From Pseudomonadota bacterium (GTDB taxonomy: Bacteria; Pseudomonadota; Alphaproteobacteria; Rhodobacterales; Rhodobacteraceae), in contig JBCDFC010000001.1 in the NCBI GenBank assembly GCA_039178805.1, positions 534-64,533 on the forward strand: a DNA stretch of 64,000 bases, read 5' to 3'. Positions 30,474-39,344 of this stretch are shown piece after piece. The notes below the pieces were generated by a model. It was not told the DNA's origin. It was given only the letters and a program-made list of their open reading frames with translations, and made no database searches. The first letter of the stretch is position 1; each line of letters opens with the position of its first letter. The position numbers were made by a program, and so were the translations under genes.

Positions 30474-32219
30474 ATGAACGCACCGAACTTCCCCGCCGAT
30501 GCACCGTTTTCCGAGGACCAGCGTGCCTGGATCTCCGGCTTCATGGCCGGCATGTCGACGCGCCTTCTGTCGGGGCAGGGCGATGCCGCGCCAGCGGGCG
30601 ACGCGGTCGTTGCGAAGCCGATCGACATCCTCTTCGGCACACAGACCGGTAATGCCGAGGAGGTGGCGAACGAGGCGGCCGAGCTGGCGCAGGCCCGAGG
30701 CTTCAAACCGCGAGTGACCGATCTCGACGCTGTGGAGATGGACGAGCTTGCCGGGTTGGAGACGCTGATCGTCGTGGTCTCGACCTATGGCGAAGGCGAG
30801 ATGCCCGACAATGCTCAACACTTTTGGGACGCGTTGAGCGCCAGTACGGCGCCGAGGCTCGAACAGCTCAACTACGCGGTGCTGGCGCTTGGCGACACGA
30901 GCTATGAGCATTTCTGTCAGGCCGGAAAGCTGATCGATACGCGGCTAGAACAGCTTGGCGCGCACAGGATGGCGGCACGCGTCGACTGCGACGTGGATTT
31001 CGAAGAGGTGGCGACGGCGTGGCTGTCCGAGGCGGTGCCCGAGACTGGCGGCCCCGCCGAGGAAGCGCCGAAGGAAGCAACGGCGCCAAAATCGCAGAAG
31101 TCGGGCTGGAACCGCAAGAACCCGTTCCCCGCTAGGGTGGCCGACAACCATGTGCTGTCGGGCCGGCGGTCGGCGAAGGAAATCCGTCATATCGCCTTCG
31201 AACTCGGCGACAGCGGGCTCACCTACGAGGCCGGCGATGCGCTAGGCGTGATGCCGATGAACGCGCCGGATCTGGTCGAGCGTTGGCTGAAGCGCCTTGG
31301 TGCGACCCATGACACGGCGGTCGCGGGCAAGGATGCATCGCTCGGCGATCTGCTCAGCTCGCAGCTTGAGATCATGACGCCCTCGAAGGAGCTCATTCGC
31401 GGTCTCGAACCCCTCCTCGGACATGCCGAGCTGAGCCATGTGTTGGGGATGTCGGAGAGCGATGCGCTGAGAGAGTTTCTCTGGGGCCGCGATGCGCTCG
31501 ATCTATTGGAGCTTAACCCGGATATCGCATTGGACCCGGCTGAGATCGTCGGCTGGCTGAAGCCGCTCCAACACCGCGCCTATTCGATTTCGTCGAGCCC
31601 CAAGGCGCATCCAGGTGAGGTGCATCTCACCGTGGCGGCGGTCAGATGGATGCGTGAGGAGCGGGAGCATCGCGGGGTCTGCTCGACCTTCCTTGCGGAC
31701 CACGTGCCCGAAGGCACCTCTGCAGGCATCTTCGTGTCGCCGAACAAAGCCTTCCGCGTGCCGGAGGATGATGCCCGCCCCATGATCATGGTCGGTCCGG
31801 GCACAGGCATCGCACCCTTCCGCGCGTTTCTCGAGGAACGGCGCGAGCGAGGTGCGCGTGGGACGAACTGGCTCTTCTTCGGCGACCAGCACCGTGAGCA
31901 TGATTTTATCTATCGGGATGAGATTGGAGAGATGAGCGCCTCGGGCCTTCTCACCCGTCTCGACCTCGCCTTCTCCCGCGATCAGGCGGACAAGATCTAC
32001 GTTCAGAACCGCATGTTGGAGAACGGTCGCGATCTTTTCGCTTTGCTTGAGGAGGGCGGTCATTTCTACGTCTGTGGGGATGCGAGCCGCATGGCCAAGG
32101 ATGTGGACGCGGCTCTGCATCAGATCATCGAAACCCAGGGTGCTCTGACGCCCGAGGCGGCAACGGAATACGTGAACCGCCTGAAGCGTGAGAAACGCTA
32201 CGTGCGGGACGTCTATTAG
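30474..32219 (+). CDS. CysJ-like diflavin (FMN/FAD) NADPH oxidoreductase
   Basis: N-terminal APFSEDQRAWISG, flavodoxin GTQTGNA/STYGEGE, RAYSISSS, GPGTGIAPFR, FSRDQ, YVCGDA and RYVRDVY; start ATG 30474. Confidence 0.92.
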   Translation: MNAPNFPADAPFSEDQRAWISGFMAGMSTRLLSGQGDAAPAGDAVVAKPIDILFGTQTGNAEEVANEAAELAQARGFKPRVTDLDAVEMDELAGLETLIVVVSTYGEGEMPDNAQHFWDALSASTAPRLEQLNYAVLALGDTSYEHFCQAGKLIDTRLEQLGAHRMAARVDCDVDFEEVATAWLSEAVPETGGPAEEAPKEATAPKSQKSGWNRKNPFPARVADNHVLSGRRSAKEIRHIAFELGDSGLTYEAGDALGVMPMNAPDLVERWLKRLGATHDTAVAGKDASLGDLLSSQLEIMTPSKELIRGLEPLLGHAELSHVLGMSESDALREFLWGRDALDLLELNPDIALDPAEIVGWLKPLQHRAYSISSSPKAHPGEVHLTVAAVRWMREEREHRGVCSTFLADHVPEGTSAGIFVSPNKAFRVPEDDARPMIMVGPGTGIAPFRAFLEERRERGARGTNWLFFGDQHREHDFIYRDEIGEMSASGLLTRLDLAFSRDQADKIYVQNRMLENGRDLFALLEEGGHFYVCGDASRMAKDVDAALHQIIETQGALTPEAATEYVNRLKREKRYVRDVY

Positions 32220-32227
32220 GCGCGGCT

Positions 32228-33196
32228 TTGACGCGCCCTTGGTCCCGCTGCTGCTCGCGCCCGGAGCGGTTCTGTTTCTGCCGATTGCGGGGAGAGGCGC
32301 CCAGCAGCTTGGAGGCACTGCGGGCGAGGACGGTTGTACAGACGCTGGCGGCAGGCCTCGAAGAACTCGCGATGATCGGTACCTACTTCGATGACGCACT
32401 GATCACGACGCGCAACAGCGGCGCGCTTATCTCCGGTCGTGGCGGTTACGCTGCGGTTCAGCGGGCGCGGTCGCCCTGGCGATTGTCGCCTGGGCGGGTC
32501 GCGATACGGATCGCTCCGACAAGCGCCGCGACCCTCGCGCGTAGTGATATGGACCGGGACACGCGGCTGCCGGGATCGCTGGTTGCGCTCGATCCGGGTG
32601 GAGCGGTTTTTCATCGGGTGCAGTACGTCTCGGCATCCGATCGTCGCGTGGCCGAGGCTCTTGAGGCAGGGGAGCCTGAGATGGGGACACGGGACGATGC
32701 CGAGCGGGGCAACGTCGTCCACCTCGCGCAGGTGAGATCCGCGCGTGCTTGCTGGGAGGCGATGACCTCCGGCGATCACATGGACGCCCTCCTGGTCGAT
32801 GCGGGCCGCTCACGTCGCAGGATCATGCCGTATCTTGGCGCAAACAGAGCATGGCGCGTATCAGCAGCGCCATTGCCGAGCTTTCTCGCGTATCTCGTCG
32901 AAAGGCGGATCGGCTTGACGAGGGTGGTGCTGGGCTGCGGCCTCCTCCAGGCAGCGACTGGGCCGATCGGTAGAGTCGCACATGGTGACGGCCAGCTGAT
33001 CGCGTCGAGCGACAGCGGCATCTTCGCCGTGAGCAGCGACCGCATCGACTGCATCTGGGTCGTAACGACGAGAGACGGGTGGCAACTGGAACTCTACGAC
33101 GCAGAGGCGAGGGCGCTTGCAGTCCTCATGCCGGACCCGATGGCGAACAGATCTCAGTGGAATGAGATGCTCTGCTCACTCCCGAGAACGCCTTGA
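32228..33196 (+). CDS. Divergent HemS/ChuS-like heme-handling protein
   Basis: TRN, WEAMT..H, AWRV, IWVV and LELYD motifs appear in HemS order; start uncertain. Confidence 0.55.
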   Translation: MTRPWSRCCSRPERFCFCRLRGEAPSSLEALRARTVVQTLAAGLEELAMIGTYFDDALITTRNSGALISGRGGYAAVQRARSPWRLSPGRVAIRIAPTSAATLARSDMDRDTRLPGSLVALDPGGAVFHRVQYVSASDRRVAEALEAGEPEMGTRDDAERGNVVHLAQVRSARACWEAMTSGDHMDALLVDAGRSRRRIMPYLGANRAWRVSAAPLPSFLAYLVERRIGLTRVVLGCGLLQAATGPIGRVAHGDGQLIASSDSGIFAVSSDRIDCIWVVTTRDGWQLELYDAEARALAVLMPDPMANRSQWNEMLCSLPRTP

Positions 33197-33286
33197 AGAG
33201 CCATTGAGTGTGGGCGGCTCACTGCTTCGCTCCACGCGTTCATCGCGGCTAGAACGCCTTCGGGCCTTACGTGCTAACGGCAGTTG

Positions 33287-33359
33287 CGTCATCGCCGGGC
33301 CCGACCCGGCAATCCAGCGCCCAAGACCGTGGATGCGCGGGTCAAGCCCGAGCGCGACA
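33287..33359. repeat. Alphaproteobacterial REP/RPE-like palindromic element
   Basis: cgtcatcgccgggcccgacccggcaatcca...tggatgcgcgggtcaagcccgagcgcgac matches the CGTCATGSCCGGGCTTGACCCGGSCATCCA...TGGAT..CCGGGTCAAGCCCGG.CATGACG pattern. Confidence 0.75.
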
Positions 33360-33799
33360 TGAGTATGTGAGGTCGAAAAGCGCTCTAGCAGGGCGACGGT
33401 CGGTGCCTCGCCGTTCTGCTGTACGACCGGGCTTCCGTTCGATTGTTGTGGGCCGTCCTTCCCGGACTGACCGGAAATAGGCCCGCTCGCCGTGGGATCG
33501 ACGTAGGACGCATTGATGAAGTGCGGTGCCTCTCGACCATGAGTTGCGATCCGCGACTCGCTGAGAGTATTTTGCCCTGGCCAACAGCGACGATCCGTCG
33601 CGAATGGGGTTGTTCGATCTCAGCCAGCAGCATCGGCCGCGGAGGGCTGGATCCCAGGAACCTGCCAGAACCGTGAACTCAGCATCTCGCCGGAAGATGG
33701 CTGCGAAACCGCTAAATCGCTGAAAGTGCAAACTTCTCGGTCGGATTTACGCTGCGTTTAGGATCGTTTGATTCTCTCTTAGCGTGTGTTAAGAACTCT

Positions 33800-33822
33800 A
33801 AAAACAATCAAGAGTTGTTTTT
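33800..33822. promoter_or_regulatory. 8-7-8 inverted repeat upstream of the LuxR regulator
   Basis: aaaaacaa-tcaagag-ttgttttt in an AT-rich tract. Confidence 0.45.
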
Positions 33823-33857
33823 CATTGTGCGCTGCGAGCACCTTCCGGTTGGTCGAA

Positions 33858-34508
33858 ATGACAAGGATCTCCGATACGATGTCTCCATCGAAATCGCGCC
33901 TGGTCATCGCGGATAGCCATGAGGTCGTTCGCGAAGGAATCGCGGCCCGCCTGCAGTCTTGCTCGGTCGAATTGGTCGGTCAGGCAGCGGACGGATACTC
34001 TACCATCAAGATCTGCCGGCAACTGGCGCCGGATCTGCTCATCATGGATCTCTCACTCACGCGTCCATCGGGTACGGAGACTTTGGCGAAGCTCCGGGCG
34101 AGCCTTCCGGACATGCGGATCGTCGTGTTGTCGTCGGAGGCGAAGACGGCGGACGCGTTCACCGTCCTTGGGCACGGGGCGATCGGGTTCATGCCGAAAC
34201 AAGCCAAGGGATCCGACTTCGTGAACGCAGTTCGCGCCGCGATTGCTGGATACACCTGTGTGCCAAGTGCCTATCTCGCGGAATTCGTCACCTTCCGGCG
34301 CAATCTGAGCCGCACCGGGAATTCTTACGGCTTGTCTCGGCGCGAGTTGGAGGTGCTTGAAGCGTGCGCCTCGGGCCAGCGAACCAAGGAGGTCGCCGAG
34401 CGGTTCAATATTAGCGTGCGCACGGTCGAGACGCATCGCAACGCGATCTACCGCAAAACCTCCTGCCACGATCTGAAGGAACTATACCGCAACCTTCAGA
34501 CCGAGTGA
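33858..34508 (+). CDS. NarL/FixJ-family response regulator (REC + LuxR HTH), orphan, likely T3SS regulator
   Basis: VIADSHEVVREG, LIMDLSL, GFMPK and LSRRELEVL...ISVRTVETHR; start 33858 or 33879. Confidence 0.9.
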   Translation: MTRISDTMSPSKSRLVIADSHEVVREGIAARLQSCSVELVGQAADGYSTIKICRQLAPDLLIMDLSLTRPSGTETLAKLRASLPDMRIVVLSSEAKTADAFTVLGHGAIGFMPKQAKGSDFVNAVRAAIAGYTCVPSAYLAEFVTFRRNLSRTGNSYGLSRRELEVLEACASGQRTKEVAERFNISVRTVETHRNAIYRKTSCHDLKELYRNLQTE

Positions 34509-34651
34509 GGCGTGCACGACAGCTGCGAGGCGGATCTACGCATCCATCCACGCGGGCTTGACGTATCGACAGTAGGTAGACGCTTTCGCTACAACCCAAG
34601 GTAAGGTGGGTGATCGATGGGGATGTGCCCGCCGGAGAGGTGGGTGATGGT

Positions 34652-35356
34652 ATGGCGTCGATTTCCGCAAGGCCGACCGAAACGGTCGATCCAGCCCTAC
34701 ATGACGGATCGATCGACCCTTCTCAGATTCCGAGCCACTGGCTAGTGGCTGGCGACCTGGAGCCCGAGCCGTTGCCGGCGGCGGACGACGACCTCTCCGC
34801 GGCGCATCATCTGATCAATCAGCGGTTGCAGCGCCTGCTGGGTGATGATGCCACGACCGAAGTGGTGGGGCACGTTCTCGACGGCGCCTATCGCGGTGAG
34901 CGCGACGCGCTTGTGCAATCGACGCTCGACTCAGCACTTGTCGGTGTCGCCGAGCGCGGGCTGGTCTTCGATGTCGTACCGGCCGAGACGGGGATGCCGG
35001 AGATGGCGGAGATCGGCGAGACGCTCCTTCCAGACGGCGTCGACGCGGCCATCGTGTTTCCCACCGATGCGGACCCCGCGATCATCGTGGCTGCCGATCT
35101 GGGTCTGCGTGACGTGCTGCTCGCGGTGCAGGACGGTGCGGTCAACGTGCTCTTCAACGAGATTGAGCTGTTGGGGATTGGGCCCCTCCGTCCCTCCGCG
35201 GTGAGTGAGCTTCGCACATTGATCGACGAGGGCTCGTTGCCGCAGGCGAACCCGAACGATGTCCACGCGCTCGATGACGGTGTGACGGGCGAAGATCGCG
35301 GGCCGCTGGTGAGCGTTGCCTATCGCGGCCGCATTCTCGAGGGCGAGATGCTCTGA
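34652..35356 (+). CDS. Acidic hypothetical protein upstream of sctJ (candidate T3SS substrate)
   Basis: Long ORF with host-like codons, D/E-rich, no signal peptide; alternative start 34610. Confidence 0.7.
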   Translation: MASISARPTETVDPALHDGSIDPSQIPSHWLVAGDLEPEPLPAADDDLSAAHHLINQRLQRLLGDDATTEVVGHVLDGAYRGERDALVQSTLDSALVGVAERGLVFDVVPAETGMPEMAEIGETLLPDGVDAAIVFPTDADPAIIVAADLGLRDVLLAVQDGAVNVLFNEIELLGIGPLRPSAVSELRTLIDEGSLPQANPNDVHALDDGVTGEDRGPLVSVAYRGRILEGEML

Positions 35357-35529
35357 TCGCGCGCCGCGCTCAGCACTGCGCCGGCCTCATCGCGCTACCG
35401 GGAACCCTACGTGGAACGGAGCCGGTTGCGTAGGGAAGCACTATCGAACTCCTTCGACAGATACTCATTCTGGGCACGTGATCGAGGCCCGGACCTTTTC
35501 CGGGCGGTAGTCCCGGTGAGGTTACACAG

Positions 35530-36318
35530 ATGGTCGGTTCGATCCTCGGGCGTGGTTCGATGCTCGGTACAGGACTCGCACTCGTCTTGTTGGTCGCCGC
35601 ATGCAAGCAGGACGTTTACAGCGGCCTAGACGAGCATCAGGTGAACGAAATGGTCGCCGTTCTCGCGTCGCACGGCATCGAAGCCCGCCGCGACCGCGAC
35701 AAGGACGGGACATTCGTACTGCAGGTTTCGGACGCGGAAGTCGCACCGGCGATCACGCTACTGCGCGAGGCCGGCCTGCCGCGCGTGACCTTCGAGACGC
35801 TCGGCGAGGTGTTCAGCGCAGGCGGGGTGTTCGGTACGCCGTTCGAACAGCATGCACGCTACGTCCACGCGATGAATCAGGAGCTGTCAGCCACGATCAC
35901 CGCGATCGACGGCATCCGCTTTGCCAAGGTCCTGGTCACAGCGCCTCAGAAAGGGCGGTTCGACCAGGAGGCGCCACCCGCCACCGCATCTGTCGCGATC
36001 CACTACGAGAGGGGCCGGGACGTCCGCTCTCAGCTTTCCTCAATCAAGATGCTGGTCGCCCATGCGCTGCCGAACCTCGACTACGACGACGTGGCCGTTG
36101 CGATCTTTGAGGCAGGCGGTCCGGTCGTTGCGGAGCGGCTCGAACAGCCGCTGGCAAAGCCCGGCTCGCCGCTACCTGCGCGGGCAGGCATCCTCGTGCC
36201 GTCGGGACCGGAGACTCGCGCGTGGCTGCAGGCAAACCGTATCGAGCTCATCGTCGGGTTCTTCGCCCTCTCCATCGTACTCGCCTTCCTGTGGATCGTT
36301 CGGAAGGTGTCGCCGTGA
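35530..36318 (+). CDS. sctJ: T3SS inner-membrane ring lipoprotein
   Basis: Lipobox VAAC, YSGLDEHQVNEMVAVL, GLPR and QELSATI; C-terminal TM helix. Confidence 0.93.
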   Translation: MVGSILGRGSMLGTGLALVLLVAACKQDVYSGLDEHQVNEMVAVLASHGIEARRDRDKDGTFVLQVSDAEVAPAITLLREAGLPRVTFETLGEVFSAGGVFGTPFEQHARYVHAMNQELSATITAIDGIRFAKVLVTAPQKGRFDQEAPPATASVAIHYERGRDVRSQLSSIKMLVAHALPNLDYDDVAVAIFEAGGPVVAERLEQPLAKPGSPLPARAGILVPSGPETRAWLQANRIELIVGFFALSIVLAFLWIVRKVSP

Positions 36319-36890
36319 TGTTGCCGCCAGTGCATGCGGAGTGGCTGGAGCGTTGGGCGCCTGAGCTGCGCGACGCAGACCTGCGCGCGGCCTTGATCGG
36401 GTCGGGGCGCTTCCACGGCCGGGTTGAAGCAGCACTGGCGGCTGATTTCCTGTCGCTGCCAGCGGAGAACGCGCCCGAGGAGGCCGACGACGGTCACGTC
36501 GCGCAGATCCTGGACGGTGTGGACGACGAGGCCGTGCTTAGGGCCGGCCTTGGATGGTGTGCGCCGGCGCTTGCTACGTCGCTGAAACCCTTGGACGCCT
36601 TCCCAGAGATTGCGGCGACACGCGGACGGTTGCAGCTTTTGGTGAGCCAACGCGATCATGAGGCGGCCGGCGAAGTCGTCGCGCCGCGCGATGCTGAGGA
36701 GATCAAGCGCGAGGGCCGTGCCTGCCTCGCCGCATGGTTTCGAACGCATCCACGCGGTGCTGCGGCGCGGGCCAGGCTCCGTCTCGCACCAGCTCAGACC
36801 GCGGCGACATCCGAGACCCACCTGATCCCGATCCGTGCGGAGATCTACGAGGCCGCGCTCGCCAGCCTCGGATCGGAGGCCGCAGCATGA
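36318..36890 (+). CDS. Putative SctK/NolU-position sorting-platform linker
   Basis: Lies between sctJ and sctL, overlapping both; contains a P..H.EW motif. Confidence 0.6.
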   Translation: MLPPVHAEWLERWAPELRDADLRAALIGSGRFHGRVEAALAADFLSLPAENAPEEADDGHVAQILDGVDDEAVLRAGLGWCAPALATSLKPLDAFPEIAATRGRLQLLVSQRDHEAAGEVVAPRDAEEIKREGRACLAAWFRTHPRGAAARARLRLAPAQTAATSETHLIPIRAEIYEAALASLGSEAAA

Positions 36891-37537
36891 ACGCCCCGCT
36901 CGTCGCCGTCAGGATCGATGCAGCGGAGGCCGAGCGGCGGATTGCGGCGAGCCGCGCTGTCGGGCGCGATGCGGATGCCGCGATCGATGAGGCACGGGCA
37001 ATCGTCGAGACCGCTCGACGTGAGGCGCGGTCGGTTGCTGCCATGGCGCGGGCCCACGAAGTGGAGCGCGGGAAGGCGCTTCATGCGATCGCGGAGGACA
37101 CCGTCGACCGTTATCTCGACACCAAGAAAGTCGAAGCGGCGGCCGAGGCCGCGGCGCGCCTGCTCCGAGATGCAGGACGGATCCGGGCAGAGTTCGACGC
37201 GCTCACTCCGTGGCTCACGGATTTCCTGCGTGACGCGGTCACTAGGCTCGTCGGCACGCTCGACGACGACGAGCTGCTGTCGAGGCTCGTGGCCGAGGGT
37301 TTGGCGAGCCAGAAGGATGCACGACAGGTCGTGATCCGGGTCGCACCGAAGGATATCGAGCGTCTTGAGGCTGCGCGCAGCGTGCATCCGTTGCGCTTTG
37401 CCGGTGTAGCGGAGATCCGCGCCGATGGGTGTCTCAAACCGGGTGCTGTGCTCCTCGAAGGACCGGGCGGGGTGCTCGAGGCAGGGCTCGAGACCCAGCT
37501 CGACATCCTTTGCCGAGAGCTTGAGGCGCTGGAATGA
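36887..37537 (+). CDS. sctL: T3SS stator (FliH/SctL family)
   Basis: Ala/Glu coiled coil, then VIRVAPKD...LKPGAVLLE.PGGVLEAGLETQL; precedes the ATPase. Confidence 0.85.
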   Translation: MNAPLVAVRIDAAEAERRIAASRAVGRDADAAIDEARAIVETARREARSVAAMARAHEVERGKALHAIAEDTVDRYLDTKKVEAAAEAAARLLRDAGRIRAEFDALTPWLTDFLRDAVTRLVGTLDDDELLSRLVAEGLASQKDARQVVIRVAPKDIERLEAARSVHPLRFAGVAEIRADGCLKPGAVLLEGPGGVLEAGLETQLDILCRELEALE

Positions 37538-38850
37538 TCGCCGACACAAGGCTTAAGGCGGCCCGTGCCGCGATCAGGCGCGCGCCGCTCCGTCCGACGA
37601 CGGGCCGTGTTGCGGGGCTCAAAGGTCCTGTCATCCGCGCTCGACTGGCTGGCGCTCGGGTCGGCGGGTTGTGCTGGATCGACTGCGGCGCCCAGCCACC
37701 CCTTCGTGCCGAGGTGGTTGGGGTCGATGGTCCGCATGCTGTGATGAGCCCGTTCGGGACGACCGAAGGGCTTACGGAAGGGGCTGCGGTTCGGCAGTCG
37801 AACGGTGGGCTGTCGATTGCGGCTGGGCCCGGTCTTCTCGGCCGGATCGTCGATGCCTTCGGCGTTCCCGTGGATGGGCAGGGGCCGTTGGCTGGGCAGA
37901 CTTGGCGCGCACCCATCCGGCGGGGTGCGCCCGAGGCAGTGGCGCGCCCGCTGGTCGAGGCTGCGCTGAACACAGGCATTCGCGCAATCGACGCGATGGC
38001 GACGCTCGGCCGCGGCCAGCGCCTGGCGATCTTCGGCCCGCCGGGTACGGGCAAGTCCTCGCTCTTGGCCTCGATCGCGCGCGGAGCTGCGGCGGATGTC
38101 ATCGTGATCGGCCTTGTCGGCGAGCGCGGGCGCGAAGTGCGCGAGTTCACGGCGAAGGAACTTCCAGCCGAGCTGCGTGCTCGGGTGGTTTGCGTCGCGG
38201 CGACCTCGGACAGACCCGCAAGCGAGCGGATCCTCTGTGCGCAGAGCGCCACGGCGATCGCTGAGTTCTTCCGGGATCGCGGGAACTCGGTGCTCCTGAT
38301 GATCGACAGTATCACGCGCACGGCGCGGGCGCTTCGCGAAGTGGGGCTCGCAGCGGGTGAAGCACCCACGAGGCGAGGCTATCCGGCTTCGGTCTATCCG
38401 GCGCTTCCTGCGATCATCGAACGAGCGGGTCGCACGGAAAAAGGCGATATCACAGCGCTCTACACTGTGCTTGTTGAGGACGAAGGCGAAGGCGATCCGA
38501 TTGCCGATGAGATGCGCAGCCTCACGGACGGTCACCTGACGCTGTCGCGCAAGCTGGCCGAGAGCGGCCACTGGCCGGCGATCGACGTGCTCGACAGCCT
38601 AAGCCGGCTGATGGCCACCGTCGCGCCCCGCGAACAGATCGAGGCGGCTGCGTTGGCACGGCGCCACCTGGCCAAGTACCGCGACATCGAGCTGCTCCTG
38701 CAGGTCGGTCAATATGCCGAGGGCGTCGACCGGGAGGCGGATGCGGCGATCAAGGCGAAACCGGCGCTCGACCGCTTTCTGCGTCAGAACCCTGCGGAGC
38801 GTGTCGATCCGGCTGCGATGCGAGCCGCACTGCGTGAGGCGGTTCGATGA
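37534..38850 (+). CDS. sctN: T3SS ATPase
   Basis: Walker A GPPGTGKS, GERGREVREF, DSITR, GYPASV and WPAIDVLDSLSR. Confidence 0.95.
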   Translation: MIADTRLKAARAAIRRAPLRPTTGRVAGLKGPVIRARLAGARVGGLCWIDCGAQPPLRAEVVGVDGPHAVMSPFGTTEGLTEGAAVRQSNGGLSIAAGPGLLGRIVDAFGVPVDGQGPLAGQTWRAPIRRGAPEAVARPLVEAALNTGIRAIDAMATLGRGQRLAIFGPPGTGKSSLLASIARGAAADVIVIGLVGERGREVREFTAKELPAELRARVVCVAATSDRPASERILCAQSATAIAEFFRDRGNSVLLMIDSITRTARALREVGLAAGEAPTRRGYPASVYPALPAIIERAGRTEKGDITALYTVLVEDEGEGDPIADEMRSLTDGHLTLSRKLAESGHWPAIDVLDSLSRLMATVAPREQIEAAALARRHLAKYRDIELLLQVGQYAEGVDREADAAIKAKPALDRFLRQNPAERVDPAAMRAALREAVR

Positions 38851-39341
38851 GCCGCCGCGCTGCTGAGACACTGAGGCTTCTTCATCGACTGCGGGAAGCG
38901 GCGCGGGACGGTGCGCGGGCGCGGCTTGCCCTCGCCAATCGTGAGGTGCGTCGCCTGAAGGCCGAGACGGAGGCCAAGGAGGTGCGGCACGCGCATCTCG
39001 CGACGGTTGCGGAGCAGTATATGCCGCAAGCAATCCGTGACCTCGGCCCGACCCGGGATGGCGCCTCGGTCTATGCGTCGCTGGCGGTCGGGGCTTCTGA
39101 AACCGCTCGTGTCGCGCGCGTGGCGGCGGGCGATCTGAACGCCATGCGCAAGCGCCAGACCGAGGCTGCGGCGGGCGTCGATCTGGCTGCTTCTGCGTAT
39201 GTCGGATCGGTCGCTGAGGCGGCGGCCATCGGGCGACGATCGGCGGAAGTCGAAGGCGCAATGACAAAGCGTGCGGCACGCCGCCAAGACGATGAAGCCG
39301 TCGATACCTGGTCAGCGCGGCGCAGTGGTGGCGGGAACTGA
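38847..39341 (+). CDS. sctO: Putative stalk protein
   Basis: Coiled-coil protein of about 160 aa directly after sctN. Confidence 0.65.
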   Translation: MSRRAAETLRLLHRLREAARDGARARLALANREVRRLKAETEAKEVRHAHLATVAEQYMPQAIRDLGPTRDGASVYASLAVGASETARVARVAAGDLNAMRKRQTEAAAGVDLAASAYVGSVAEAAAIGRRSAEVEGAMTKRAARRQDDEAVDTWSARRSGGGN

Positions 39342-39344
39342 TCG

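Noticed and set aside
30474-32219. Ordinary sulfite reductase operon (cysJI)
   Set aside because: No cysI, cysH or cysG nearby; the gene is coupled to gltB, so the symbol cysJ is withheld.
33788-33803. CtrA box upstream of the LuxR gene
   Set aside because: Only one good half-site (GTTAA); the second has two mismatches at N7 spacing.
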